A stretch of DNA of 64,000 bases from an uncultured Gemmatimonadota bacterium. GTDB taxonomy: Bacteria; JAAXHH01. Made by a program: the position numbers and the translations under genes. The DNA is taken from NCBI GenBank assembly GCA_951812955.1, contig OX638340.1, positions 3,648,001 to 3,712,000 on the forward strand, in the 5' to 3' direction. The notes beneath the pieces were generated by a model that searched no databases, was not told the origin of the DNA, and was given only the letters and a program-made list of their open reading frames with translations. This document shows, one piece after another, positions 18,171-27,248 of the stretch; the first letter of the stretch is position 1, and every line of letters begins with the position of its first letter.

Positions 18171-18406
18171 AGACGAGTGCTCAATATGTGAAGATAGTGG
18201 AATGGTCAGAAGAGGATCAGTGTTTCGTCGGCAGCTGTCCCGGCCTGCTCTACGGTGGGTGTCATGGTGATAACGAACAGGAAGTGTTCTCCGAGTTATG
18301 CCGGATCGTAGAGGAAACCATAAATTTGTATAGACGAGACGGCCGGTCCCTTCCTTCACCGACATCGGGAAAAGACTACGCCAATAAAATGCTGGATATC
18401 GTCTGA
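18167..18406 (+). CDS. hicB: HicB-family antitoxin (UPF0150-type, short form lacking a C-terminal DNA-binding domain)
   Basis: 79 aa with ..IVEWSEEDQCFVGSCPGL..GHGDNEQEVFSEL..E.. characteristic of the HicB RNase-H-like fold. AAGGAG lies 9 nt upstream of the ATG. Confidence 0.7.
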   Translation: MKTSAQYVKIVEWSEEDQCFVGSCPGLLYGGCHGDNEQEVFSELCRIVEETINLYRRDGRSLPSPTSGKDYANKMLDIV

Positions 18407-18424
18407 TTTGCCTGCAGCTTCTGC

Positions 18425-20215
18425 CTACCCGCCTCCCCCTAGCACCCTCTCCCAGAATCCGGACGATCCAGAGTTCCGATTCCCATCCTCGGCGATGTAG
18501 ATCGTGAAGGCCGTGTTCCCGATCTGCTCGCCCCGCCAGGACCGGAATCCCCTGCGGTTCGGTTCGAGGGCGTCTCCCCGGATGTCCGATTTCCATATCT
18601 GGTTCATCGTTGGGTACCACACGAACAGACCGCCGACCTCCTCCACCAGGATCCGCTCGGCCTGCCGGTAGACGTCCATGCGCTTTCCGTGGTCACCGAC
18701 CACGCCGCCCGCCTGGACCACGAGCCGGTCGAAGAGATCGTGTTTCCAGGCGTGTCGGCCGGAGGATAGCCACAGGTTCATCAGGCTGCTGGGATCGATG
18801 AAGTCGGCCCCGAAACGGACAAGGCCCAGGGGAAGCTGGTGGCTGTTGATCGCGTCCATGAAGATCTTGACCTCCATGTTCCGCACCACCAGTTCGATCC
18901 CCAGGTTCTGCTTGATCATGGCTTGGATCGCCTCGCCCGCCTCGTGTACCGGACGCACGTCGCGCCGGACCCACATTTCCACCCGCGGGAATCCCTTACC
19001 GTCCGGATAACCCGCTTCGGCCAGCAGCTTGCGGCCCAGTGCGGGGTCGTATCGCTGGATGGGCTTCAGCGCTTCCGTCGCATCTGCCGGGAAACCGGGC
19101 GGCAGCATGGAGTAGGCCGGTGTCGCGAAGCCCTGCAGTGCGGAATTGCAGACGGCGTTCCGGTCGATGGAGTGGCTGAAGGCCTGGCGGACCTTGAGGT
19201 TGTTGAAGGGCGGGTTGTACGTGTCCATCGTGAGGTAGTAGGTGGCGAAGTCGGTGTATGAGTGCAGTTCGCCGTTCAGCTTCGGATCGGTCTTAATCCG
19301 GGCGAGCTCCGCGTTGTTTGTGATGAGGGCGAAGTCGATCTCGTCCGCCTCGTAGGAGGCGAGCAGGGGCGGCGGTGTCGACGCGTTGTACAACTTGGCT
19401 ATAATCGTTTCCAGGTAGGGGCGCGCGGCGCCGTGGTACCTCGGATTGGCCTTGAGCACGACGCGGTCGGCCTTGGTCCATTCCTCCAGGTAGAACGGTC
19501 CGCTGGCGATGGAAGTCTCTGAGCTGGTGGACCAGGTGTCGCCGTGCTTCTCGACCGCCTGGCGGGGAGAGACCCAGCTGTCGACCATCAGGTCAGGCAT
19601 GTAGGCGCAGGGTTCGTCGGTCTCGATCAGCAGGGTGTAATCGTCGATCGCGTGCACACCGAGCGAGTCGAGGGGAAGCTCCCGGCCGACTACCCTGCTC
19701 CAGTTTTTGATCGGCCGGTAGTACCACTCCACGTCGTAGGCGTTTTCCGGGTCGGCCCCGCGACGCAGGGTGAAGACCCAGTCGTGGGCGGTCAGCGGTT
19801 TGCCGTCGGAAAACTCCAGGTCGTCGCGGAGATAGAAGTACCAGCCCAGTCCGTCGGCAGTGGGCTCCCAGCTGTTCGCCGCCGCCGGGATCAGGTTGAA
19901 ATCCTTGTCAAATCGAATAAGCGGTTCCGCGATGATCCGGTGGCCGTAGGTGCCCTTGTAGATCGTGCGGAACCATTCCATGTAGGTGTTGTCGAGCTGG
20001 AACAGGCGGACGTACTGCTCCGAAGGAGGCGCCGCGTCGGGGGGCAGCGTAACGCCCGCGGAATTAACGTAGCGCGCGGACTGCCCGGACTGCCCGGACT
20101 GCCCGAACTGCCCGGATGTCCCTGACTGCCGGTCGACTGCCAGGACATGCAGGATCCCTGCCGCGGTGGCGCAGCAAACCAGGATGATAGCAATAGCGCG
20201 GGCAGTTGAGATCAT
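18425..20215 (-). CDS. ABC transporter substrate-binding protein, family 5 (oligopeptide/dipeptide/nickel OppA/DppA-like), with signal peptide
   Basis: 596 aa with an N-terminal signal peptide and SBP_bac_5 collinearity. Confidence 0.85.
   Translation of the reverse strand: MISTARAIAIILVCCATAAGILHVLAVDRQSGTSGQFGQSGQSGQSARYVNSAGVTLPPDAAPPSEQYVRLFQLDNTYMEWFRTIYKGTYGHRIIAEPLIRFDKDFNLIPAAANSWEPTADGLGWYFYLRDDLEFSDGKPLTAHDWVFTLRRGADPENAYDVEWYYRPIKNWSRVVGRELPLDSLGVHAIDDYTLLIETDEPCAYMPDLMVDSWVSPRQAVEKHGDTWSTSSETSIASGPFYLEEWTKADRVVLKANPRYHGAARPYLETIIAKLYNASTPPPLLASYEADEIDFALITNNAELARIKTDPKLNGELHSYTDFATYYLTMDTYNPPFNNLKVRQAFSHSIDRNAVCNSALQGFATPAYSMLPPGFPADATEALKPIQRYDPALGRKLLAEAGYPDGKGFPRVEMWVRRDVRPVHEAGEAIQAMIKQNLGIELVVRNMEVKIFMDAINSHQLPLGLVRFGADFIDPSSLMNLWLSSGRHAWKHDLFDRLVVQAGGVVGDHGKRMDVYRQAERILVEEVGGLFVWYPTMNQIWKSDIRGDALEPNRRGFRSWRGEQIGNTAFTIYIAEDGNRNSGSSGFWERVLGGGG
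20077..20130. repeat. Coding 9-bp tandem repeat (GGACTGCCC x5-6) encoding (SGQ/FGQ)n near the N-terminus of the SBP
   Basis: The sequence runs ggactgcccggactgcccggactgcccgaactgcccggatgtccctgactgcc. Confidence 0.8.
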
Positions 20216-20385
20216 GGAGGGACCATCCGTTGGTCACAATGGCCACAATCGTCACTATAGAAGGATTGCAACGTACCTTATCCCCTTTCCTACCCCGCGT
20301 CAAGTATATGACGGTGATTCGGCTTGACCCCCATCGGGCGGTCTTTATTTTGCACGTGGACCTCAACAGGCCGGTGAATCACCCC

Positions 20386-20886
20386 ATGGATTCCTTCCTC
20401 ATATCTCAGGCGCTCGCCGCCGTCGCATTCACCTGCGGCGTGATCTCCTTCCAATACAAGAAGCGACGCAACGTGTTGCTCTGGTTGAGCGCCTCGGCGC
20501 TGACCAATGCGTGCCACTTCTTCGTGCTTGGCAGAAACGGCGCGGGAACCCTGTACGTCGTGATGGGCGTGCGTGTCTTCACGGCGGCTTTCACGACCGA
20601 CCAGCGCCTGATGTACGTTTTCATGGCGCTGATCGTGGCCGGATTCTTCGTGTCCTATGAACGGCCACTGGACATACTGGCGCTTTTCGGATCGCTACTG
20701 CCGACCTACGGGAACTTTCAGAAATCCGACCGCAAGATACGGCTGATCTACATGGCCTGCGCGCTGATCTGGATGATCCACAACTACATCGCCGGCAGTC
20801 CGGTCGCCGTCCTCATGGAAACCACGTTCCTGGTCAGCAACCTGGTCGGATACTACCGGATTTACCGGTTCGCGCTAAAGGCCTGA
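20386..20886 (+). CDS. YgjV-like inner-membrane protein
   Basis: 166 aa with roughly 5-6 TM segments. The ATG at 20386 is preferred over the long 5' extension of the ORF that starts at 20206. Confidence 0.5.
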   Translation: MDSFLISQALAAVAFTCGVISFQYKKRRNVLLWLSASALTNACHFFVLGRNGAGTLYVVMGVRVFTAAFTTDQRLMYVFMALIVAGFFVSYERPLDILALFGSLLPTYGNFQKSDRKIRLIYMACALIWMIHNYIAGSPVAVLMETTFLVSNLVGYYRIYRFALKA

Positions 20887-20946
20887 TCAGGCACACCCGA
20901 TTCACACTGAAGCCTGATAGTAGTTGCCCAGTTGGTCTTTGCGGGA

Positions 20947-21900
20947 TTACCCGTACATCCGGATCGGGGTGGGCTCGGTGGGACGGTTCTTTCGGGGCGG
21001 ACGCTGCGTAGTGACCTTCAGCGCCTCCTCCCAGCCCCGGCTCCACGTGTTGTAGTCCGCTAGCACGAATTCGGGATGGCGCTGGCTGCGGACGATGAAG
21101 TTGGGGTAGAAGGATCGTCCCGTGGGCAGGCCGGTCTGCTGATACCGCAGGTCGAGACTCCACCGGATCGATCCCGATCGGTTGGGGATGGACCGGTGCG
21201 GGATCAGCTTGTGCATGAGCAGCACGTCGCCCTTCTTCATCGGCAAAGACAGGACCTTGCCTTCGGGCAACCCGCTTTCTTCGATGCCGAATCCTTCGCT
21301 CCAGTATACGGTGCCGCGGTGGTGTACGCGGGGGATGATCTGCAGGCATCCGTTCTCTTCGTCGGTATCGCACAGGGGCAGCCAGACGGTGAGAATAAAG
21401 ACCGGATCGGCGTCTTCTTGGTGCACCTGCGCGTCCTGGTGCCAGGGCGCCACATTTTCTTTGACACGCGCAGCCAGGGCGTTCTCGTCGCCGCTGCCGT
21501 TGCCGCCACTATCGCCACTGGCCACGGCCTCCGGCAACTTCGCCCGCAGATGCTGTATGGGGCTGCACGTGATTTCGGGTCCGACGAGAGACCCCACCAG
21601 GTTCAGCATCCGGTCGTTACCGAGAAATCGGAATACCGCTTCGGCACGCATGTGCATGATGTCGATATCGTCATAGATCGAGGGGTTTTCCCGGGTGATC
21701 AGGGCCAGCCGTCGCTCGAAGGGTTCTCCCTCGTGAAGTTCGGTAATTCGTCCTTCTTCATGGAGACTGCGCGCCCGTCCGTCCACGAACGCTTCGATCC
21801 CGGCGATGACGGGATCCAGATCATCACCGGTGAGCGCTCCCTTTACGATGACGTATCCTTCATCTACAAAATGCTGAAACTGATCCTGTGTGAGTGCCAT
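20947..21900 (-). CDS. PhyH family Fe(II)/2OG-dependent oxygenase
   Basis: WHQD.. and LTVWLPLCDTDEENGCLQIIPRVHHRG motifs. Confidence 0.8.
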   Translation of the reverse strand: MALTQDQFQHFVDEGYVIVKGALTGDDLDPVIAGIEAFVDGRARSLHEEGRITELHEGEPFERRLALITRENPSIYDDIDIMHMRAEAVFRFLGNDRMLNLVGSLVGPEITCSPIQHLRAKLPEAVASGDSGGNGSGDENALAARVKENVAPWHQDAQVHQEDADPVFILTVWLPLCDTDEENGCLQIIPRVHHRGTVYWSEGFGIEESGLPEGKVLSLPMKKGDVLLMHKLIPHRSIPNRSGSIRWSLDLRYQQTGLPTGRSFYPNFIVRSQRHPEFVLADYNTWSRGWEEALKVTTQRPPRKNRPTEPTPIRMYG

Positions 21901-21931
21901 GTTATTGTATTCCCCGGTCCGTGTAGTTTGT

Positions 21932-22720
21932 TCAAGCCGCTTTCGGGATGTGAGAGATCAAGTTCTGCAGGTGCCGTAGTCGTTCGGGCGTGGCCGTGGA
22001 AACCAGGGGGCCGTTCTCCCTGCCAAAAACTTCCCGCGTCGTATAGCCGTGTTGACGGATGATCTTCTTGTACGCCTCGAGCGCAGGGCCTTCCGTATGA
22101 TGACCTGTAAATACGATCGTGAACATGCGCCGCCTTGTCCCCCCGCCCCACGCGCTGTGCTTGGTGGAATGATTGAACACGGCCAGGTCGCCGGGTTGGG
22201 TCTCGACGGCGACTGCGGGAACCTCGCTGCCGTGGAGCCCACCCCACCCTCCCTTCCTGCCCGTAAGGTGTTCGTGGACCGATTCCGCGTAGCCTTCGCC
22301 GAACCGGTGGCTACCCGGGATGACCCGGAGCGCTCCCGTGTCCCTCGTCATGGGATCCAGGTAGATCGCCATCTTGAAGAACCGGATCGGTTCGGGCCAC
22401 TGGGTGTCGGAGTGCCATCGCGTGTCGCCCACATACAGATTGCCGTCGCTGTTCCAGTACTGGTATTGATCGCCCAGCAGGCCGGCTGCGATGCCGTGTA
22501 TGCGGGGATCGTCCAGCAGCGTGCACAGGTAGGGATCATGGTTGATAAACGGCACGATGGCCAGCCGCTCCACGCCTGCGTGGTCGTCGCTCCCGTTTTT
22601 TTTCAGCAGCCCATCGAAAGCCGCTGCTATTTCATCGATCCTGTCGTTGAGCAGACCGGGAAAGTGTAGATACCCGAAGGTATCCATGAATTCCTTCTGG
22701 TGTGATTCAAGTTGAAACAT
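21932..22720 (-). CDS. PhyH family Fe(II)/2OG-dependent oxygenase (close paralog of 8860-9711)
   Basis: Collinear with the ORF at 8860-9711 (WHSDTQW, ALRVIPGSHRFGEGYAE, NHSTKHSAWGGG.RRRMFT). Confidence 0.8.
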   Translation of the reverse strand: MFQLESHQKEFMDTFGYLHFPGLLNDRIDEIAAAFDGLLKKNGSDDHAGVERLAIVPFINHDPYLCTLLDDPRIHGIAAGLLGDQYQYWNSDGNLYVGDTRWHSDTQWPEPIRFFKMAIYLDPMTRDTGALRVIPGSHRFGEGYAESVHEHLTGRKGGWGGLHGSEVPAVAVETQPGDLAVFNHSTKHSAWGGGTRRRMFTIVFTGHHTEGPALEAYKKIIRQHGYTTREVFGRENGPLVSTATPERLRHLQNLISHIPKAA

Positions 22721-22787
22721 CGTAGTTCCTCATATTCGCCAGATGTCCATTGGCGCCAGCCGACAGGCTTCTTTACCTCGGGATCCG

Positions 22788-23867
22788 TCAGTATTCTTCG
22801 AGCACGGATCCCTCGATGCCCCGTGTTCCATCTTCATAAACATAATAGTAAACGACCAGCACCCGTCCATCATTCAATTCGAGCGACCAGGGATACCCGC
22901 AGTCCGGTTCCAGGGAATCGGCGCGCACGACGATTTCCGGCGCGGTATCCAGGTCGCCGGCTTCGGGATCGAGGACACGCGCCAGGCATCCCATCTGTCC
23001 TTCCCACCGGGTTCCCACCGTGGCCAGGATGCGGCCGTCCCGCAGCCCGAGCAGGTGTCCGGGACATCCCCGCATCGTCGTCGACCGCCATGGGGACCAG
23101 GTCTCGCCTCCGTCATCCGAATGGACTTCCACCAGGTGCACGTCCTGTCCTGGTGGTTGGTTCGGATGACAACGGAAGAGTACCAGGATACGGCCGGACG
23201 GCGTCATGTGGATCGCCGGTTCGCTGAAATGAGCGACGTCGTCCACGGCAATGCGCCCGGCATAAGTCCAGGTATGTCCGCCATCGGTCGACGATTGCAT
23301 CATGCCGAAAAAGGGTGGCCTGCCTTCTGGATGATCCGTCGCCTTGCCAGGTAGCAGAAGACGCCCGTCCGGCATCTCCAGCAAACCGCTCCGGCAGACC
23401 CCGGAGTGCGACGCGGGATGGCCGTTCACGGCGTCCGGCATTGGTGGAAAGCTTTCGGGATGTGTCCAGGTCGTCCCATCGTCCAGCGATCGTACGTTGA
23501 AACCCACTCCCGGGCGGGACACCCAGGTATGCTTGGAGACCTCCGGCGGATCGGCGGGTAACAAATCCACCGTGCTGGCGTGCAGGAAGATTTCACCGGA
23601 TGAAAGGGGATGGGTGCCGAAATCGACCACGCCGCCGAAGGGGTAGGCCGTTACCAGTTCAACCGGCCCCCAGGACTGCCCTTCATCTTCGGACCGGCAG
23701 GCCCGCACGTCGAAGAGGGGATGGCTGTGGTGACTGAATCCCGTGGCGGGTGACCGGTGAAATAACGTCAGCAGGTCACCGCCGGGTGTCCGGATAATGT
23801 TCGGATGGGCGCCGTACCAGCCCTCATCGCGGTAGATCGTAATATGATCCGCTACGCGCCAGCTCAT
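22788..23867 (-). CDS. BNR-repeat (sialidase/exo-alpha-sialidase-like, GH33-type beta-propeller) glycosyl hydrolase
   Basis: Four Asp-box (S-x-D-x-G-x-T-W) repeats: SEDEGQSWG, SLDDGTTWT, STDGGHTWT and SDDGGETWS. Confidence 0.75.
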   Translation of the reverse strand: MSWRVADHITIYRDEGWYGAHPNIIRTPGGDLLTLFHRSPATGFSHHSHPLFDVRACRSEDEGQSWGPVELVTAYPFGGVVDFGTHPLSSGEIFLHASTVDLLPADPPEVSKHTWVSRPGVGFNVRSLDDGTTWTHPESFPPMPDAVNGHPASHSGVCRSGLLEMPDGRLLLPGKATDHPEGRPPFFGMMQSSTDGGHTWTYAGRIAVDDVAHFSEPAIHMTPSGRILVLFRCHPNQPPGQDVHLVEVHSDDGGETWSPWRSTTMRGCPGHLLGLRDGRILATVGTRWEGQMGCLARVLDPEAGDLDTAPEIVVRADSLEPDCGYPWSLELNDGRVLVVYYYVYEDGTRGIEGSVLEEY

Positions 23868-24020
23868 GTGGACTCAGTCCTTCCGGTGTTCGATCCAATT
23901 TGTTCACGTTGGATTGAATTTCAACGAAATCGACGATGGATTCAAGCACAAACCTGTGGCAGCCTTGCGGAAAACGAAAATATGGTCAGATTTCTCGACA
24001 AATCCGGACTGGCGGTTCCG

Positions 24021-24089
24021 TCTCAGGTGGACATCGCGGCAAGCCGCCTGCATGCGTCTGTCTCAGGTGGACATCGCGGCAAGCCGCCG
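24021..24089. repeat. 29-bp direct repeat x2 (GTCTCAGGTGGACATCGCGGCAAGCCGCC) with period 40 at the 3' end of the CPT-like gene
   Basis: The copies sit at 24021-24049 and 24061-24089. The second copy encodes the C-terminus ..RRLAAMST* of the minus-strand gene, and the first lies just beyond the stop. Confidence 0.8.
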
Positions 24090-24725
24090 GAGCGCGTCGG
24101 GCGCTCGTCCAGTTTCAATATGCCTCAGGATCATGCCGCCACCAGTTTCGGCGCTCATTTCGGATGTATCGATCTCGAGGTCATAGATGCCGGGTTTATG
24201 TACTTCCCGGTCCCAGATCCGTACGAGATCCGGGACAGGCGCGTCGGCCGGTATATCCTCTCCCCTGTGCCAGGTTTCCCTGCGGCGTCGCCACACTTCG
24301 TCAACCGGGCACCGCACGCCTACGAAATACACCCGCAGTCCGTTCAGCCGCTTCGCGCAGTCGTAGAGGATACCGCTCACGGTAGCGTAATCATCATGAT
24401 GCGCGACGTCAGAAACCACGTTCAGGCCCTTGCGAAGCTGGACTGCGATGGAATCGTAGAGCGCTTCGTACATGTTGGGTATCAACGGTTCGAGGTCGGG
24501 CCGTTCGCCGCCTGGCCGGTTCACGATAGCGGCGGGCCGCAGCCCGATCCCTGGGCGAAACCGCGGCGGCGTGATATCTATGAATCGATCGGCGCCGAGG
24601 TTCATCCATGGCTCCCGCGACATCTGCTGGATGGCGGACGCGATACTGGATTTCCCGGATCTGGGCGCTCCGTTGAGTATCACGGCTGTGCCTTGTACGG
24701 TCGTGGAATCAGGCAAGGCGCTCAT
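24063..24725 (-). CDS. Chloramphenicol-phosphotransferase-like (CPT) P-loop kinase family protein
   Basis: VILNGAPRSGKSSIA (Walker A), then ..EPWMNLGADRF.. and ..VYFVGVRCP.. are collinear with Streptomyces CPT. I took the start at the internal ATG at 24725 (MSALPD..), leaving a 187 bp divergent spacer to the next gene. Confidence 0.65.
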   Translation of the reverse strand: MSALPDSTTVQGTAVILNGAPRSGKSSIASAIQQMSREPWMNLGADRFIDITPPRFRPGIGLRPAAIVNRPGGERPDLEPLIPNMYEALYDSIAVQLRKGLNVVSDVAHHDDYATVSGILYDCAKRLNGLRVYFVGVRCPVDEVWRRRRETWHRGEDIPADAPVPDLVRIWDREVHKPGIYDLEIDTSEMSAETGGGMILRHIETGRAPDALRRLAAMST

Positions 24726-24912
24726 CTCCTTAATGACGTGCCGCAACACTCCCGAAAGCAACCCCTGTCGCCCTGCTGGAAACAGGTCCATCGGCGTCCC
24801 TGTTTCGTTGTGGATTCTCCGGAATATAGGACTTATCTTCGATGAGAGGAATTGGTATTTATCTTCTACGGCCGCGCTGTACAGGTATCCTTGTAACGGC
24901 AATTATCAGCCA

Positions 24913-26283
24913 ATGACGACTCGACTAATAACGGGCAACTACGAACTCAACGCGAGAATCACCGGCGCAGGTTCGGCGCCGGCTGCGACCATCCGTTTTT
25001 CCGGAGGCGAACAGGCAAACGCTGTCCTGGAAATCGACGGCCGTGGCTTTCGCGTAGTCCGGCGGGCCGGGAGAGCTTGCACCGTGCTGAAGGACTATAC
25101 CGGCGGGGGACCGCCCCCCTGGGAGGTACGCGTGCTGAAGAAGGGCAACTTCTTCCGTTTCCGCGTAAACGGAAACACGGGCTGGATCCGGGGCCCAACG
25201 GGCGAATGGGTCGGATTGTACGATCCATGGGAGAACACGCTGGTTCTGGAGGGGTCCGGGGGATGCGGATACGAATCCTGCACGGTCACGACGCTGCCCT
25301 GGCTGAGCCAGATGACGGAACCGGTCATTTCCCTGGGCCCGGCGGGCAGTCACTACGAAAAGCAGATCATTCCAGGCGCGAACATTGAAATAGACGGGCG
25401 CTACTACATGTACTGCATGGCGGGCATGGAAGGCGACCAGGAAGGGTCCTCGCGGCGTACCATCGCCGTGGCGGAAAGCACAAATCTTATAACGTGGAAA
25501 GTGCACCCTTCGCCCGTCCTTTCCCATGCGGACGCGCCGGGAGACAATATCTACGTGAACGGCGCGGTCGTCACGCCCGAGGGGCAGGTTGCCATCATGT
25601 ACGCCGTGCAGCAGTATCCGTCCTGGATCGGATTCATGATCGCCTTGGCCGATGATCCACTGGGCCCATTCACGCCCTTCGCGGGAGATCCCGTCTACCG
25701 GCATTTCAACGACGCCGCACACGAATTCGACCTGCGGCGGGTGGACCATCCGGATTACCGTTACATCATGTTCTACGCGGGTTACACGCCGCGGCAATCG
25801 GGGGGCTGGCCGGGCGGAGACCGGGGCTACCTGCTTTACAGCGACGACCTCGTGGACTGGCGCGAGGACGCGACCAATCCCGTATTCGGTCCGGAGACGA
25901 GGGACGACTGGGACGCCGTGCACGTCCGGCCACGGTCGCTCGATCGTATCGGCGACACGTGGTATCTCTGGTACGAAGGGTGCAACGCATGGACGCCGCC
26001 GGGCACGGCAGGGCGGGAACAGTGGTGCGATTCGGTCGGACTCGCCCGTTCGGCGGACCTTGAAAACTGGTCATACTATCCCCGAAATCCAGCGCTGCCG
26101 GCACTGGGAATCGGAGCTGAGCGTTTCGACAATACCTGGACCGGCTGGCCTCGCATGGTCGTAAAAGACGAGGTAGGATACGTGTTCTACACAGGAAACG
26201 CCCAGGTTGGCCTCAGAACGATTCCGATCCGTCGCCTGGTGGACTGGGAGTCCGAAGGCGGGGAGACGCTTCGGATGTTTTAG
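24913..26283 (+). CDS. Glycoside hydrolase with five-bladed beta-propeller catalytic domain (GH43/GH32/GH130-clan-like) and N-terminal jelly-roll/lectin-like domain
   Basis: The C-terminal ~300 aa carry propeller-type blocks (..DWDAVHVRPRS..DTWYLWYEG..). I trimmed the start to the ATG at 24913 (MTTRLITGNYEL), because the long 24472 ORF overlaps the divergent neighbour. Confidence 0.6.
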   Translation: MTTRLITGNYELNARITGAGSAPAATIRFSGGEQANAVLEIDGRGFRVVRRAGRACTVLKDYTGGGPPPWEVRVLKKGNFFRFRVNGNTGWIRGPTGEWVGLYDPWENTLVLEGSGGCGYESCTVTTLPWLSQMTEPVISLGPAGSHYEKQIIPGANIEIDGRYYMYCMAGMEGDQEGSSRRTIAVAESTNLITWKVHPSPVLSHADAPGDNIYVNGAVVTPEGQVAIMYAVQQYPSWIGFMIALADDPLGPFTPFAGDPVYRHFNDAAHEFDLRRVDHPDYRYIMFYAGYTPRQSGGWPGGDRGYLLYSDDLVDWREDATNPVFGPETRDDWDAVHVRPRSLDRIGDTWYLWYEGCNAWTPPGTAGREQWCDSVGLARSADLENWSYYPRNPALPALGIGAERFDNTWTGWPRMVVKDEVGYVFYTGNAQVGLRTIPIRRLVDWESEGGETLRMF

Positions 26284-27092
26284 GCGGGTTTTCCTGGGTC
26301 GTTCGGGGAAGATGGCTCGCGCGGGGCGGACGGGGCGCGCGGGGCGGACGGGGCGCGCGGGGCGGACGGGGCGGCCGCCCGCATCTTCCGCGCCTGGTAC
26401 CGGCGCGCCAGGTAAACCGGCAGGTACACCGCGAAGAACATGACAAGCGCCACGGCGTCGAGGATGGGGATGTACCACGGCCACGGCGCGAAGAAGAAAG
26501 GCGACACCGTACCCCAGGGCGGCTTCGAGAGGTACATGTAGTTCGACCCCAGGAGCAGATTGACGATACCCACGGCCATGGCGAATACATTCAGGGCTAT
26601 AAAGGCGCGAAAGAGTCCGGCCAGCGTGGGCCGCATGCCCAGGCCCCAGGTGGCGTAAAGGACGCCCACCACGATACCGGAGTGGACGATGAAGTACTGG
26701 AAGAAACGCCACGAAGGGAAACCGGCATCCATGGCACCCGGCGTGATCACGGCGTTGGCGGAACCGACCAGGCCCCAGAAGTAGGCGATCTCGTAGGTCC
26801 GCCGGCTGCGGAACAACAGGGTAGCGGCCGTGACCAGATTCGCGACACCGCAGATATGCAGCGGCAGGTGATTCCGTATGAAGTAGTCCAGGCCGAACTG
26901 CAGGAGGCGCTGTCCCCCGGCCGAGACTTCATTGATCAACAGCATGGCGGCGAGCAGGTAGCCGATGGCGGCGGCCACACGGCCGTCCGGGTTTCTTCGC
27001 GCCAACTTAGATAGCACGACGGCGAAGATCAGGGTCAGGCCCATCACCACGAGGTGCGGGGTCCCGAATGTCTGGAATTGGGATGGGTTCAT
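26280..27092 (-). CDS. Conserved polytopic integral membrane protein (TIGR02206/YwaF-like), with C-terminal (APSAPR)n low-complexity tail
   Basis: About 7 TM helices. The start is taken at the ATG at 27092 (MNPSQFQ..). Confidence 0.55.
   Translation of the reverse strand: MNPSQFQTFGTPHLVVMGLTLIFAVVLSKLARRNPDGRVAAAIGYLLAAMLLINEVSAGGQRLLQFGLDYFIRNHLPLHICGVANLVTAATLLFRSRRTYEIAYFWGLVGSANAVITPGAMDAGFPSWRFFQYFIVHSGIVVGVLYATWGLGMRPTLAGLFRAFIALNVFAMAVGIVNLLLGSNYMYLSKPPWGTVSPFFFAPWPWYIPILDAVALVMFFAVYLPVYLARRYQARKMRAAAPSAPRAPSAPRAPSAPREPSSPNDPGKPA
26319..26375. repeat. Coding 18-bp tandem repeat x3 (CGCGGGGCGGACGGGGCG) encoding APSAPRAPSAPRAPSAPR at the C-terminus of the membrane protein
   Basis: Read directly from the sequence. 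Confidence 0.8.
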
Positions 27093-27248
27093 GATGTAGA
27101 ATGGGTGAGGTGGCATTGCCCGATCTACCGAAGATACATCGCGAAGCATTCCGGTCAAGGCGGCGGGCTGATCAGGCCGGTGCCGCCCCCGGCGATGGAT
27201 CCGGCTTTTCCGGCAGGCATCCATAACCTGAAGAGATGACCATACTCC

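Noticed and set aside
24021-24089. Possible mini-CRISPR (two 29-bp direct repeats)
   Set aside because: There are only two copies. The spacer is 11 bp. One copy is coding. No cas genes or leader are present.
24472-24912. The 5' 147 codons of ORF 24472..26283
   Set aside because: This extension overlaps the divergent CPT-like gene and has no homology. The ATG at 24913 gives a normal N-terminus, so I trimmed the ORF.
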